Under the pieces are notes generated by a model. The model was given only the letters and a program-made list of their open reading frames with translations, made no database searches and was not told where the DNA came from. DNA of 64,000 nt, taken from the NCBI RefSeq assembly GCF_024298765.1, contig NZ_CP101210.1, one strand, 5' to 3'. This document shows positions 52,802-64,000 of the stretch, piece by piece; positions within the stretch are counted from its first letter, which is position 1; every line of letters starts with the position of its first letter. Origin of the DNA: Escherichia coli (GTDB lineage: Bacteria; Pseudomonadota; Gammaproteobacteria; Enterobacterales; Enterobacteriaceae). The position numbers were made by a program, and so were the translations under genes.

Positions 52802-54433
52802 ATGAGACATTCATTGCCCTACCGCATGTTACGCAAACGTCCGATGAAATTGAGTACCACAGTGATCTTAATGGTCAGCGCGGTACTGTTCTCGGTGCTA
52901 TTGGTGGTGCATCTGATTTACTTCTCGCAAATCAGTGATATGACGCGAGACGGGCTAGCTAACAAGGCACTGGCAGTAGCGCGTACCCTCGCCGACTCGC
53001 CGGAAATCCGTCAGGGCTTGCAGAAAAAACCACAGGAGAGTGGAATCCAGGCCATCGCGGAAGCCGTGCGCAAACGCAACGATCTGCTGTTTATTGTCGT
53101 TACCGATATGCAAAGTCTTCGCTACTCGCATCCTGAAGCCCAGCGTATTGGTCAGCCATTTAAAGGTGATGACATCCTTAAAGCGCTGAATGGCGAAGAA
53201 AATGTCGCTATCAATCGCGGTTTTCTGGCGCAGGCTTTACGCGTATTTACCCCCATCTACGATGAAAATCATAAACAAATTGGCGTGGTGGCGATCGGCC
53301 TTGAGTTAAGTCGCGTGACCCAACAGATCAATGACAGTCGCTGGAGCATCATCTGGTCGGTATTATTTGGCATGCTGGTCGGGCTGATTGGCACCTGCAT
53401 TCTGGTTAAGGTACTGAAAAAAATCCTTTTCGGCCTGGAACCCTACGAAATCTCCACGCTGTTTGAGCAACGCCAGGCTATGTTGCAGTCCATCAAAGAA
53501 GGCGTCGTTGCCGTGGACGATCGCGGTGAAGTCACGCTGATCAACGATGCCGCACAAGAATTGCTGAATTACCGTAAGTCGCAGGACGATGAGAAGCTGT
53601 CGACGCTAAGCCACTCGTGGTCACAGGTGGTAGATGTCTCGGAAGTGTTACGCGACGGTACCCCGCGGCGCGACGAAGAGATTACGATTAAAGACCGGCT
53701 ATTACTGATCAACACCGTTCCGGTGCGCAGTAATGGCGTTATCATCGGTGCCATTTCAACCTTCAGGGACAAAACTGAAGTACGTAAACTGATGCAGCGA
53801 CTCGATGGTCTGGTCAACTATGCTGACGCACTTCGTGAACGATCCCACGAATTTATGAATAAATTGCACGTGATTCTCGGATTATTGCATCTGAAGAGTT
53901 ATAAGCAGTTGGAAGATTACATTCTCAAAACAGCCAATAACTATCAAGAAGAGATTGGCTCTCTGCTGGGTAAGATCAAATCTCCGGTTATCGCTGGTTT
54001 TTTAATCAGTAAGATTAACCGCGCGACCGATTTAGGCCATACGCTGATTTTAAACAGTGAAAGCCAGTTGCCAGACAGCGGCAGTGAAGACCAGGTCGCG
54101 ACGCTGATTACCACGCTGGGAAATCTGATAGAAAACGCGCTGGAGGCATTAGGACCGGAACCCGGTGGCGAAATTAGCGTAACATTGCACTACCGTCACG
54201 GCTGGCTGCACTGTGAAGTTAACGATGATGGACCGGGGATCGCACCCGACAAAATCGATCACATTTTTGACAAAGGTGTCTCGACAAAAGGAAGCGAGCG
54301 AGGCGTCGGTTTAGCACTTGTCAAACAACAGGTAGAAAATCTCGGCGGCAGCATCGCCGTGGAATCGGAACCCGGGATTTTCACACAATTTTTTGTCCAG
54401 ATACCCTGGGACGGGGAGAGGTCGAACAGATGA
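52802..54433 (+). CDS. dcuS: C4-dicarboxylate sensor histidine kinase
   Basis: 543-aa ORF with two TM segments, periplasmic PAS-like sensor, PAS, and HisKA/HATPase regions. Confidence 0.95.
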   Translation: MRHSLPYRMLRKRPMKLSTTVILMVSAVLFSVLLVVHLIYFSQISDMTRDGLANKALAVARTLADSPEIRQGLQKKPQESGIQAIAEAVRKRNDLLFIVVTDMQSLRYSHPEAQRIGQPFKGDDILKALNGEENVAINRGFLAQALRVFTPIYDENHKQIGVVAIGLELSRVTQQINDSRWSIIWSVLFGMLVGLIGTCILVKVLKKILFGLEPYEISTLFEQRQAMLQSIKEGVVAVDDRGEVTLINDAAQELLNYRKSQDDEKLSTLSHSWSQVVDVSEVLRDGTPRRDEEITIKDRLLLINTVPVRSNGVIIGAISTFRDKTEVRKLMQRLDGLVNYADALRERSHEFMNKLHVILGLLHLKSYKQLEDYILKTANNYQEEIGSLLGKIKSPVIAGFLISKINRATDLGHTLILNSESQLPDSGSEDQVATLITTLGNLIENALEALGPEPGGEISVTLHYRHGWLHCEVNDDGPGIAPDKIDHIFDKGVSTKGSERGVGLALVKQQVENLGGSIAVESEPGIFTQFFVQIPWDGERSNR

Positions 54434-55149
54434 TCAATGTATTAATTATCGATGACGACGCAATGGTCGCGGAGCTGAATCGCCGATACGTGGCACAAAT
54501 CCCAGGCTTTCAATGCTGTGGAACGGCTTCGACGCTGGAGAAAGCCAAAGAGATTATCTTCAATAGCGATACGCCTATCGACCTGATATTGCTCGATATC
54601 TATATGCAAAAAGAGAACGGGCTCGATTTACTGCCTGTCCTGCATAACGCGCGTTGCAAAAGTGATGTGATTGTCATCTCCTCCGCAGCCGATGCGGCAA
54701 CCATTAAAGATTCGCTGCATTACGGTGTCGTGGATTACCTGATCAAACCCTTCCAGGCTTCCCGCTTTGAAGAGGCGCTCACCGGCTGGCGGCAAAAGAA
54801 AATGGCGCTGGAAAAACATCAGTATTATGACCAGGCCGAGCTTGATCAGCTAATCCACGGCAGCAGCTCCAACGAGCAGGATCCTCGTCGCTTGCCAAAA
54901 GGCTTAACGCCGCAGACGTTACGCACGCTGTGTCAGTGGATTGACGCGCATCAGGACTATGAGTTTTCAACCGACGAGCTGGCTAACGAGGTTAACATTT
55001 CGCGTGTTTCCTGCCGTAAATACCTCATCTGGCTGGTCAACTGCCACATCTTGTTCACCAGTATCCATTATGGCGTCACGGGGCGTCCGGTTTACCGTTA
55101 CCGTATTCAGGCAGAACACTACTCACTACTGAAACAATATTGCCAATAA
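54430..55149 (+). CDS. dcuR: C4-dicarboxylate response regulator
   Basis: 239-aa ORF with receiver domain (MINVLIIDDD, D-56-like LLDIYM) and C-terminal HTH; start overlaps dcuS stop by 4 bp. Confidence 0.95.
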   Translation: MINVLIIDDDAMVAELNRRYVAQIPGFQCCGTASTLEKAKEIIFNSDTPIDLILLDIYMQKENGLDLLPVLHNARCKSDVIVISSAADAATIKDSLHYGVVDYLIKPFQASRFEEALTGWRQKKMALEKHQYYDQAELDQLIHGSSSNEQDPRRLPKGLTPQTLRTLCQWIDAHQDYEFSTDELANEVNISRVSCRKYLIWLVNCHILFTSIHYGVTGRPVYRYRIQAEHYSLLKQYCQ

Positions 55150-55719
55150 CGGATCGCTGGTTATCTGTAAGTAATAATTATTACTGTAATGCAAAATACC
55201 CCTGGCACAAGTTACATCCTTCATCAGTAAAACTTGTGCCAGATCAAATATAATTATCCCTCCATCATCGCTAAAAATTAATATCTCTTCAGGTGAACGG
55301 TGTTTTTAATTTCAAAACGCTAACAAAAGTTAATTAACTATTATGTCACCCGTATTATGTGTATTTTTACCTACAAATGGGTAGATCAGATTAATCTATA
55401 AACCTAATGATATCTGCCCTGAGAACAAAAAATAGACCGATAAATATCAATAAGATAACAGCAAACAAAACATTAACATCTGCGCAGTACAAACTATAAA
55501 CCCATCGCCAGAGAGTTTTTCTCTCTGAAAAAGCCGCTTATCACAGTGCATAAATTTGCCGCTGCTTTAATCAGCCAATATTCACTGTGAGGTATTTGCT
55601 CAAGCCGGTAACGACCAAACGGATATTTAGTCAGGCTCTGAAAACAGTTCATACAAAACAGAACGTGACTGTGATCTATTCAGCAAAAATTTAAATAGGA
55701 TTATCGCGAGGGTTCACAC

Positions 55720-57060
55720 ATGTTATTTACTATCCAACTTATCATAATACTGATATGTCTGTTTTATGGTGCCAGAAAGGGTGGTATCGCGCTGGGTTTA
55801 TTAGGCGGTATCGGTCTGGTCATTCTGGTCTTCGTCTTCCACCTTCAGCCAGGTAAACCACCGGTTGATGTCATGCTGGTTATCATTGCGGTGGTGGCAG
55901 CATCGGCGACCTTGCAAGCTTCGGGCGGTCTTGATGTCATGCTGCAAATTGCCGAGAAGCTGCTGCGCCGCAACCCGAAATATGTCTCAATTGTCGCGCC
56001 GTTTGTGACCTGTACGCTGACCATTCTTTGCGGTACGGGTCATGTGGTTTACACCATTCTGCCGATCATCTACGACGTCGCCATTAAGAACAACATCCGT
56101 CCGGAACGCCCGATGGCGGCAAGTTCTATCGGTGCACAGATGGGGATTATCGCCAGTCCGGTGTCGGTTGCAGTCGTGTCTCTGGTTGCGATGCTGGGTA
56201 ATGTCACCTTTGATGGTCGCCATCTTGAGTTCCTCGACCTGCTGGCAATCACCATTCCATCGACGTTAATCGGTATCCTGGCGATCGGTATCTTCAGCTG
56301 GTTCCGCGGTAAAGATCTGGATAAAGACGAAGAGTTCCAGAAATTCATCTCCATACCGGAAAACCGTGAGTATGTTTACGGTGATACCGCGACGCTGCTC
56401 GATAAAAAACTGCCGAAAAGCAACTGGCTTGCAATGTGGATCTTCCTCGGGGCAATCGCTGTAGTCGCACTTCTTGGTGCTGATTCGGACCTGCGTCCAT
56501 CCTTCGGTGGCAAACCGCTGTCGATGGTACTGGTTATTCAGATGTTTATGCTGCTGACCGGGGCGCTGATTATTATCCTGACCAAAACCAATCCCGCGTC
56601 TATCTCAAAAAACGAAGTCTTCCGTTCCGGTATGATCGCCATCGTGGCGGTGTACGGTATCGCATGGATGGCTGAAACCATGTTCGGTGCGCATATGTCT
56701 GAAATTCAGGGCGTACTGGGCGAAATGGTGAAAGAGTATCCGTGGGCCTATGCCATTGTTCTGCTGCTGGTTTCCAAGTTTGTAAACTCTCAGGCTGCGG
56801 CGCTGGCGGCGATTGTTCCGGTCGCGCTGGCGATCGGCGTTGATCCGGCATACATCGTGGCTTCAGCACCGGCTTGCTACGGTTATTACATCCTGCCGAC
56901 TTATCCGAGCGATCTGGCAGCGATTCAGTTTGACCGTTCCGGCACCACCCACATCGGTCGCTTCGTCATCAACCACAGCTTTATTCTGCCGGGGTTGATT
57001 GGTGTGAGCGTATCGTGCGTCTTCGGCTGGATCTTCGCCGCGATGTACGGGTTCTTATAA
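55720..57060 (+). CDS. dcuB: Anaerobic C4-dicarboxylate antiporter
   Basis: 446-aa polytopic Dcu-family transporter; 570-bp upstream regulatory region. Confidence 0.95.
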   Translation: MLFTIQLIIILICLFYGARKGGIALGLLGGIGLVILVFVFHLQPGKPPVDVMLVIIAVVAASATLQASGGLDVMLQIAEKLLRRNPKYVSIVAPFVTCTLTILCGTGHVVYTILPIIYDVAIKNNIRPERPMAASSIGAQMGIIASPVSVAVVSLVAMLGNVTFDGRHLEFLDLLAITIPSTLIGILAIGIFSWFRGKDLDKDEEFQKFISIPENREYVYGDTATLLDKKLPKSNWLAMWIFLGAIAVVALLGADSDLRPSFGGKPLSMVLVIQMFMLLTGALIIILTKTNPASISKNEVFRSGMIAIVAVYGIAWMAETMFGAHMSEIQGVLGEMVKEYPWAYAIVLLLVSKFVNSQAAALAAIVPVALAIGVDPAYIVASAPACYGYYILPTYPSDLAAIQFDRSGTTHIGRFVINHSFILPGLIGVSVSCVFGWIFAAMYGFL

Positions 57061-57137
57061 ATGCACTTTGCGTGCCGCCCGTGACTACGCGGCACGCCAT
57101 TTTCGAATAACAAATACAGAGTTACAGGCTGGAAGCT

Positions 57138-58784
57138 ATGTCAAACAAACCCTTTATCTACCAGGCACCTTTCCCGATGGGGAAAGACAATACCGAATAC
57201 TATCTACTCACTTCCGATTACGTTAGCGTTGCCGACTTCGACGGCGAAACAATCCTGAAAGTGGAACCAGAAGCCCTGACTCTGCTGGCGCAGCAAGCCT
57301 TTCACGACGCTTCTTTCATGCTCCGCCCGGCACACCAGAAACAGGTCGCGGCTATTCTTCACGATCCAGAAGCCAGCGAAAACGACAAGTACGTGGCGCT
57401 GCAATTCTTAAGAAACTCCGAAATCGCCGCCAAAGGCGTGCTGCCGACCTGCCAGGATACCGGCACCGCGATCATCGTCGGTAAAAAAGGTCAGCGCGTG
57501 TGGACCGGTGGCGGTGATGAAGAAGCGCTGTCGAAAGGCGTCTATAACACCTATATCGAAGATAACCTGCGCTATTCACAGAACGCGCCGCTGGACATGT
57601 ATAAAGAGGTCAACACCGGCACGAACCTGCCTGCACAAATCGACCTGTACGCGGTAGATGGCGATGAGTACAAATTCCTCTGTGTCGCTAAAGGCGGCGG
57701 CTCTGCCAACAAAACGTATCTCTACCAGGAAACCAAAGCCCTGCTGACGCCCGGCAAACTGAAAAACTTCCTCGTCGAGAAAATGCGTACCCTCGGTACG
57801 GCAGCTTGCCCGCCGTACCATATCGCGTTTGTGATTGGCGGTACGTCTGCGGAAACCAACCTGAAAACCGTCAAGTTAGCAAGCGCTCACTATTACGATG
57901 AACTGCCGACGGAAGGGAACGAACATGGTCAGGCGTTCCGCGATGTCCAGCTGGAACAGGAACTGCTGGAAGAGGCCCAGAAACTCGGTCTTGGCGCGCA
58001 GTTTGGCGGTAAATACTTCGCGCACGACATTCGCGTTATCCGTCTGCCACGTCACGGCGCATCCTGCCCGGTAGGCATGGGCGTCTCCTGCTCCGCAGAC
58101 CGTAACATTAAAGCGAAAATCAACCGCGAAGGTATCTGGATCGAAAAACTGGAACACAACCCAGGCCAGTACATTCCACAAGAACTGCGCCAGGCCGGTG
58201 AAGGCGAAGCGGTGAAAGTTGACCTTAACCGCCCGATGAAAGAGATCCTCGCCCAGCTTTCGCAATACCCGGTATCCACCCGTTTGTCGCTCACCGGCAC
58301 CATTATTGTGGGTCGAGATATTGCACACGCCAAGCTGAAAGAGCTGATTGACGCCGGTAAAGAACTGCCGCAGTACATCAAAGATCACCCGATCTACTAC
58401 GCGGGTCCGGCGAAAACGCCTGCCGGTTATCCATCAGGTTCACTTGGCCCAACCACCGCAGGTCGTATGGACTCCTACGTGGATCTGCTGCAATCCCACG
58501 GCGGCAGCATGATCATGCTGGCGAAAGGTAACCGCAGTCAGCAGGTTACCGACGCGTGTCATAAACACGGCGGCTTCTACCTCGGTAGTATCGGCGGTCC
58601 GGCGGCGGTACTGGCGCAGCAGAGCATCAAGCATCTGGAATGCGTCGCTTATCCGGAGCTGGGTATGGAAGCTATCTGGAAAATCGAAGTAGAAGATTTC
58701 CCGGCGTTTATCCTGGTCGATGACAAAGGCAACGACTTCTTCCAGCAAATCGTCAACAAACAGTGCGCGAACTGCACTAAGTAA
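57138..58784 (+). CDS. fumB: Class I fumarate hydratase, anaerobic
   Basis: 548-aa Fe-S fumarase, C-terminal Cys cluster (CHKHGG, CANC); directly downstream of dcuB. Confidence 0.95.
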   Translation: MSNKPFIYQAPFPMGKDNTEYYLLTSDYVSVADFDGETILKVEPEALTLLAQQAFHDASFMLRPAHQKQVAAILHDPEASENDKYVALQFLRNSEIAAKGVLPTCQDTGTAIIVGKKGQRVWTGGGDEEALSKGVYNTYIEDNLRYSQNAPLDMYKEVNTGTNLPAQIDLYAVDGDEYKFLCVAKGGGSANKTYLYQETKALLTPGKLKNFLVEKMRTLGTAACPPYHIAFVIGGTSAETNLKTVKLASAHYYDELPTEGNEHGQAFRDVQLEQELLEEAQKLGLGAQFGGKYFAHDIRVIRLPRHGASCPVGMGVSCSADRNIKAKINREGIWIEKLEHNPGQYIPQELRQAGEGEAVKVDLNRPMKEILAQLSQYPVSTRLSLTGTIIVGRDIAHAKLKELIDAGKELPQYIKDHPIYYAGPAKTPAGYPSGSLGPTTAGRMDSYVDLLQSHGGSMIMLAKGNRSQQVTDACHKHGGFYLGSIGGPAAVLAQQSIKHLECVAYPELGMEAIWKIEVEDFPAFILVDDKGNDFFQQIVNKQCANCTK

Positions 58785-58906
58785 CCTCTTCGGCCCAGCG
58801 CCTGGCAGCATGCTGCCAGGTGATCCCCCTGGGCCACCTCTTTTGCGATTGTAATTTCACGCTTGCTGGTGAATAGTCAGTATTTTCCCTGACTTGCGAA
58901 CGCACC

Positions 58907-59536
58907 ATGACCCGCACACTCAAGCCGTTAATTCTTAACACCGGCGCACTGGCGCTAACGTTAATCCTGATTTATACCGGCATTTCGGCCAATGACAAAC
59001 TCACCTGGCTGATGGAAGTGACACCGGTGATTATTGTCGTGCCGCTACTGCTTGCCACCGCTAAACGTTATCCGTTAACGCCGCTGCTCTATACGCTCAT
59101 TTTCTTTCACGCCATCATCCTGATGGTCGGCGGACAATACACCTACGCGAAAGTCCCCGTTGGTTTTGAGGTGCAGGAATGGCTGGGGTTGAGTCGTAAT
59201 CCGTATGACAAACTGGGGCATTTTTTCCAGGGGCTGGTGCCTGCACTGGTGGCACGAGAGATCCTTGTGCGCGGGATGTACGTTCGCGGACATAAGATGG
59301 TGGCGTTTCTGGTCTGCTGCGTGGCGCTGGCGATAAGCGCGATGTATGAATTAATCGAGTGGTGGGCAGCGCTGGCAATGGGTCAGGGAGCGGATGATTT
59401 TCTCGGCACCCAGGGCGACCAGTGGGACACGCAATCCGATATGTTCTGCGCGCTGCTTGGCGCATTAACGACGGTGATATTCCTCGCTCGCCTTCACTGT
59501 CATCAGTTACGGCGCTATGGCTTGATAACCAGATGA
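58907..59536 (+). CDS. yjdF: Inner-membrane protein YjdF
   Basis: 209-aa polytopic membrane ORF in conserved position. Confidence 0.8.
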   Translation: MTRTLKPLILNTGALALTLILIYTGISANDKLTWLMEVTPVIIVVPLLLATAKRYPLTPLLYTLIFFHAIILMVGGQYTYAKVPVGFEVQEWLGLSRNPYDKLGHFFQGLVPALVAREILVRGMYVRGHKMVAFLVCCVALAISAMYELIEWWAALAMGQGADDFLGTQGDQWDTQSDMFCALLGALTTVIFLARLHCHQLRRYGLITR

Positions 59537-59674
59537 CAACGTGCGCTTTGTTGATGCCGGATGCGGCGTGAATTCCTTATCCGGTCTACAAAATTTGCAA
59601 ATCCAAAGCATTACATTAAGACGTGGCCTGATAAACATATCGCATCAGGCCATTTTCGTTAGCTATTGTCCACG

Positions 59675-61096
59675 TCAGGCTTTCACATCACTCACTGCAC
59701 CGACCGGAATATCAGCATGAACAGGCTCGGGCGGTACTTTGCGATATTTATCCAGAAGATGGATCTGGATCCTGCGCAGCGTGTCACCATTGAGGCGATA
59801 GAAACGGAAGTAGAGAATCAGCGTAACCATGAAGAACAGAGCAGGTAGAGCAATCATAATAAACTGCATACCTAATAGGGCTTGCGTAGACTGTTCAACA
59901 TTCGGTACATAGCCAATCATCCCTAACACAACCGCAATGAAAAAAGCCGCAAAGGCTGAACCGCCCTTCACCACCATAGTCTGCACGGAGTAAGCGATGC
60001 TTTCACAGCGTACGTGCAGTTTATATTCACCGTAATCAACGGTATCTGCCACCATGATGACCTGTAATACCCAGAAAAGCGCCGTTCCCACATTCAGCAA
60101 GATACCCGCAATCACAATGAGGACGACGTTGTGATAGCTCATTAATGCCATTAACAGGAGAACACCACAGCTTAACACCGGAAGAATAGATGCTCCGGCC
60201 CATAAAATGCGTCGGGATAATGATTTAACTAAGCGTGGGAAGAATACTAACGTCACCAGGTTAGCAGCTCCCGCATACGACAGATAATAGGGGAACAGAT
60301 CCGCATCACCGATAACATATGAGAAATAATAGATAGCAAAGCCGGTAATAATATTGCTGGCTACATTATAAGCAAGAGCCATACCCAAGAGGCATGAAAG
60401 CTGATCGTTTTTATAAATAAGCGCAACGATGGCTTTAAGTGTCAGATGGCTTCCTTCAGCAGACGGTTGATTGTCTGACGAAAAGACTTCATGCACATTG
60501 CGCAGAGTGATGATGGTTGAAACAATAAAAAAGGCGATCAGTACCAGAGTGAACATCTGAAAGCCAAATCCCCGATCGCCACCGCCGATATAATTAACAA
60601 ATGGTAGCGTCACACCTGCCGTAACAAAGCCTGCCAGACTGGCAAAAAAACGCGGATAAGGAACCAGTTGTTCGCGCTCACGTTTATCGAGCGTTATGGT
60701 TGGAACCAGCGACCAGAAGGGAATATCCATAATGGTGTAAGTCATGCCCCAGAGGATGTAGGTCACGCAAACAAAGACAATCTGAGTAGTACCTTCAAAC
60801 AGATGCGCACTAAAGAGGAGAAATAAGATTACAGAGTTTGCCAACGTACCGATCAGGATCCAGGGTTTGAACTTACCCCATCGCGATCGCGTAGCATTTA
60901 CAATCCATCCCATAATCGGATCGTTAATAGCATCCCAGATCCTCGCCACCAGAAACAAAGTACCGACCAAACCCACAGACAGCCCGACGACATCGGTGTA
61001 GTAATACATGAGGTACATATACACAATGCCGATCGCAAAATCCTTCCCGAACGCTCCAAATCCATAACTGAGTTTTGTAGTCATTGAAATGCTCAT
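59675..61096 (-). CDS. melB: Melibiose:cation symporter
   Basis: ATG at 61096 gives [35 protein letters not shown]..., 473 aa; track ORF begins 8 codons upstream. Confidence 0.95.
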   Translation of the reverse strand: MSISMTTKLSYGFGAFGKDFAIGIVYMYLMYYYTDVVGLSVGLVGTLFLVARIWDAINDPIMGWIVNATRSRWGKFKPWILIGTLANSVILFLLFSAHLFEGTTQIVFVCVTYILWGMTYTIMDIPFWSLVPTITLDKREREQLVPYPRFFASLAGFVTAGVTLPFVNYIGGGDRGFGFQMFTLVLIAFFIVSTIITLRNVHEVFSSDNQPSAEGSHLTLKAIVALIYKNDQLSCLLGMALAYNVASNIITGFAIYYFSYVIGDADLFPYYLSYAGAANLVTLVFFPRLVKSLSRRILWAGASILPVLSCGVLLLMALMSYHNVVLIVIAGILLNVGTALFWVLQVIMVADTVDYGEYKLHVRCESIAYSVQTMVVKGGSAFAAFFIAVVLGMIGYVPNVEQSTQALLGMQFIMIALPALFFMVTLILYFRFYRLNGDTLRRIQIHLLDKYRKVPPEPVHADIPVGAVSDVKA

Positions 61097-61198
61097 AGGG
61101 TATCGGGTCGCTGTTACCAACGCCCGCCTTCTGTTATTGGTATCGTCAGAGGTGTGCGCCGGAATAAATCCCCCGGCGCAGTAGCGTTTAGTCGCGTT

Positions 61199-62554
61199 TT
61201 AACGGTGCAACCAGCCTGGCAGCCAGTCGCCGTGGGCGGCAATCAGGTCGTCAACAAGAGCATATATTTCATCAATGCCCAGCACGGCGGCAGTATGCGG
61301 GTCCATCATCGCGGCGTGGTAAACACGGTCGCGATTTTCCGTAAGAATGGCTTCAGTCAGCAGCGTCTGTACGTTGATGTTGGTTTGCATCAAGGCGGCC
61401 AGATGCGAAGGTAGCGTACCGACTTTGGTCGGCTGAATGCCATTAGCATCAACCAGACAGGCTACTTCCACGCAACATCCTTGTGGCAGGTTATCAATCA
61501 ATCCATCGTTACGGACGTTGCCGTAAATCACACTCGGCTCGCCAGTCCAGATAGCGTTCATGATTGTGCTGGCATATTCCCGTGACGGTTTAATATCAAT
61601 CCGGGAGGCGTTCTTATACTCCTCCAGCTCTTTATGCCAGTTCGCCAGCTGCTCGACGCAGCGTTTCGGGTACTCATCCAGCGGTACTTTATAACGCTCA
61701 ATCAAATCCTCACGACCTGGCTTAATAAACCACGGCGTGTACTCAGCAAAATGTTCTGACGATTCCGTGACGAAGTAGCCCAGCTTTTTGAACATTTCGT
61801 AGCGCACAATATTCTGGCAGCGAGTATTGCCATGAATATTCGGCTTCGGTGCCTGCCCTGCTTCATAAACCGCCAGCAGTTCCGGGTAGAGATTCACGTA
61901 ACTGCCGTCGGCGGTTTTGCGCTCCAGTTCCAGGTAAAACGCCATATGGTTGATACCTGCGCAACGGTAACGCAGCGTAGCCGGGTCGATATTGAGGTCA
62001 CGCGCCAGCTCTTCCGCCGTTCCCTGCACTGAATGGCACAGCCCTACCTGTTTGATATGCGGATAGCGGGCATACATCGCCCAGGTATTCATCGCCATTG
62101 GGTTAACGTAGTTGAGCATGGTGGCATCGGGGCAGACTTCCGTCATGTCCTCGCAAATTTGCCACAGATGCGGAATGGTACGTAGCGCGCGCATAATACC
62201 GCCCGGCCCCAACGTATCGGCAATGGTTTGTTCCAGACCATGTCGCTTACAGACCTCGAAATCAGTCACCGTGCAAGGTTCATAACCGCCAATCTGAAAT
62301 GCCACCACGACAAAATCAGCATCCTGTAAGGCTTCTTTCTGTTGGGTGTGGCAGGTGATTTTGCCGCTGGCCCCTGCTGAATCCATCAGCTTACGCACCA
62401 CAATGTGCGACTCTTCCAGGCGGGTGGGATCAATGTCCATCAGGGCAATATGCGCCGTTTTCAGCGCCTCGCGATGGAACACATCACCAAGAATATTTTT
62501 AACGAAAATCGTCGAACCAGCGCCGATAAATGTAATTTTGGGTGCAGACATCAT
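61199..62554 (-). CDS. melA: Alpha-galactosidase (NAD/Mn-dependent, GH4)
   Basis: 451-aa ORF MMSAPKITFIGAGSTIFVKNILGDV... with N-terminal Rossmann GxGS motif. Confidence 0.95.
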   Translation of the reverse strand: MMSAPKITFIGAGSTIFVKNILGDVFHREALKTAHIALMDIDPTRLEESHIVVRKLMDSAGASGKITCHTQQKEALQDADFVVVAFQIGGYEPCTVTDFEVCKRHGLEQTIADTLGPGGIMRALRTIPHLWQICEDMTEVCPDATMLNYVNPMAMNTWAMYARYPHIKQVGLCHSVQGTAEELARDLNIDPATLRYRCAGINHMAFYLELERKTADGSYVNLYPELLAVYEAGQAPKPNIHGNTRCQNIVRYEMFKKLGYFVTESSEHFAEYTPWFIKPGREDLIERYKVPLDEYPKRCVEQLANWHKELEEYKNASRIDIKPSREYASTIMNAIWTGEPSVIYGNVRNDGLIDNLPQGCCVEVACLVDANGIQPTKVGTLPSHLAALMQTNINVQTLLTEAILTENRDRVYHAAMMDPHTAAVLGIDEIYALVDDLIAAHGDWLPGWLHR

Positions 62555-62836
62555 GCAGATCTCCTGGCTTGCTTGAATAACTTCATCATGGCAGGCGAAT
62601 CTGCAGAAAACCTCCGTCTTCCAGGTTGAGCATTCCCATAAACTCAGATCCTGCGTGAAGCAGCAGTAAATCTGAGTTTATGGGAATAAGTTACCTGAAA
62701 AGCAGAGTTTTCGGCCTCATGATGCTCGGACGCTCCCCTCGCCGCTGTGGGAAGAGGGTGAAAACCGTGCTCCCACTCGCAGTCATCCTCCCTCACTCCT
62801 GCCATAATTCTGATATTCCAGGAAAGAGAGCCATCC
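62555..62836. promoter_or_regulatory. melR-melAB divergent promoter region (MelR and CRP sites expected)
   Basis: 282-bp divergent intergenic region; assignment by established knowledge of the mel regulon, sites not individually mapped. Confidence 0.4.
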
Positions 62837-63745
62837 ATGAATACAGATACGTTTATGTGCAGCAGCGACGAAAAACAGACCCGCAGCCCGCTGTCGCTGT
62901 ATTCGGAATACCAGCGGATGGAGATTGAGTTTCGCGCACCGCATATCATGCCCACCAGCCACTGGCATGGTCAGGTCGAAGTGAATGTGCCTTTCGATGG
63001 CGATGTGGAATACCTGATCAACAATGAAAAAGTGAATATCAATCAGGGTCATATCACGCTGTTCTGGGCCTGTACACCGCACCAACTAACAGATACCGGA
63101 ACCTGTCAGAGCATGGCGATTTTTAATCTGCCGATGCATCTGTTTCTCTCCTGGCCGCTGGATAAAGACCTGATTAACCACGTTACTCACGGCATGGTGA
63201 TCAAATCACTGGCGACACAGCAACTTAGCCCGTTTGAAGTGCGCCGCTGGCAGCAGGAATTGAACAGTCCGAACGAGCAAATTCGCCAGCTCGCCATTGA
63301 TGAAATTGGCCTGATGCTCAAGCGATTTAGCCTCTCTGGCTGGGAACCGATTCTGGTCAATAAAACCTCGCGCACACACAAAAACAGCGTCTCGCGCCAT
63401 GCGCAATTTTATGTCAGCCAGATGCTGGGCTTTATTGCCGAAAACTATGATCAGGCACTGACCATCAACGATGTGGCTGAGCACGTCAAACTTAACGCCA
63501 ACTATGCAATGGGGATATTCCAGCGGGTCATGCAATTGACGATGAAACAGTACATTACCGCGATGCGCATCAACCACGTTCGCGCGTTACTGAGCGATAC
63601 CGATAAAAGTATTCTCGATATTGCCCTGACGGCAGGCTTTCGTTCGAGTAGCCGTTTTTACAGCACGTTCGGCAAATATGTCGGCATGTCACCGCAACAA
63701 TACCGCAAACTTAGCCAACAGCGCCGCCAGACGTTTCCCGGCTAA
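62837..63745 (+). CDS. melR: Melibiose operon activator (AraC/XylS family)
   Basis: 302-aa ORF with C-terminal AraC-type HTH pair. Confidence 0.9.
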   Translation: MNTDTFMCSSDEKQTRSPLSLYSEYQRMEIEFRAPHIMPTSHWHGQVEVNVPFDGDVEYLINNEKVNINQGHITLFWACTPHQLTDTGTCQSMAIFNLPMHLFLSWPLDKDLINHVTHGMVIKSLATQQLSPFEVRRWQQELNSPNEQIRQLAIDEIGLMLKRFSLSGWEPILVNKTSRTHKNSVSRHAQFYVSQMLGFIAENYDQALTINDVAEHVKLNANYAMGIFQRVMQLTMKQYITAMRINHVRALLSDTDKSILDIALTAGFRSSSRFYSTFGKYVGMSPQQYRKLSQQRRQTFPG

Positions 63746-63942
63746 AGACGATATCAGTATCAGCCAAAAAAATAGTTTAGCCGTCGATAATAAGCAGTGA
63801 AAATAATTTAAAATAATCACATAACATATTGTTTATAAAAACAAATATTTCAAAAATGTTTGTTTTTCACGCGCTTTACAGCCCGAAAAGGCCGGAAGAT
63901 ACTTGCCCGCAACGAAGATTCCTTCATAACCGGGTAAGCAAT

Positions 63943-64000
63943 GATGAAAGTATTAATTGTTGAAAGCGAGTTTCTCCATCAAGACACCTGGGTCGGTAAC
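63943..64000 (+). CDS. adiA: Biodegradative arginine decarboxylase, 5' end only (continues beyond window)
   Basis: Translation MKVLIVESEFLHQDTWVGN matches the AdiA N-terminus; expected neighbour of melR. Confidence 0.6.

Noticed and set aside
1-64000. CRISPR array or rRNA genes
   Set aside because: No regularly spaced direct repeats with unique spacers and no rRNA-like segment were seen; the only tandem repeats are the short ones listed above.

Overview
This window reads as Escherichia coli chromosome: a conserved core block (cadC-cadBA, dtpC, lysU, ghoST, yjdIJ, dcuSR, dcuB, fumB, yjdF, melBA, melR, start of adiA; about 42.5-64 kb) preceded by at least 41.9 kb of horizontally acquired DNA. 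The acquired part ends at a 22-nt copy of the tRNA-Phe 3' end (41892-41913) followed by a strong terminator hairpin, the signature of a pheU-associated genomic island whose intact tRNA and integrase lie left of the window. Island cargo, left to right: a type I restriction-modification operon (hsdS partial, hsdM, hsdR); a 5'-truncated orphan cdiA C-terminal toxin with a VENN motif and a Serratia-nuclease-like domain, plus a coupled immunity gene; a siderophore-microcin locus (H47-type mchXIB-like core with mchCDEF export/maturation, mchA glycosyltransferase, mchS1 esterase, an I47-like peptide) that also carries a third double-glycine-leader, Ser-tailed microcin-like precursor I cannot assign to a named microcin; an AlpA regulator with three Gp2-family paralogues; a transposase remnant; a ~2 kb ORF-poor, strand-skewed segment; two convergent uncharacterised genes; and a CP4-44/CP4-57-like module (GTPase, DUF905/DUF932-like, KlcA-type anti-restriction, RadC-like, YeeT, CbeA/CbtA). 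No rRNA, intact tRNA or CRISPR array was found. Many ORF-track starts are TTG/GTG codons; where an in-frame ATG with a Shine-Dalgarno sequence exists I give that instead. All identifications are from reading the translations against remembered protein families; no database search was run.
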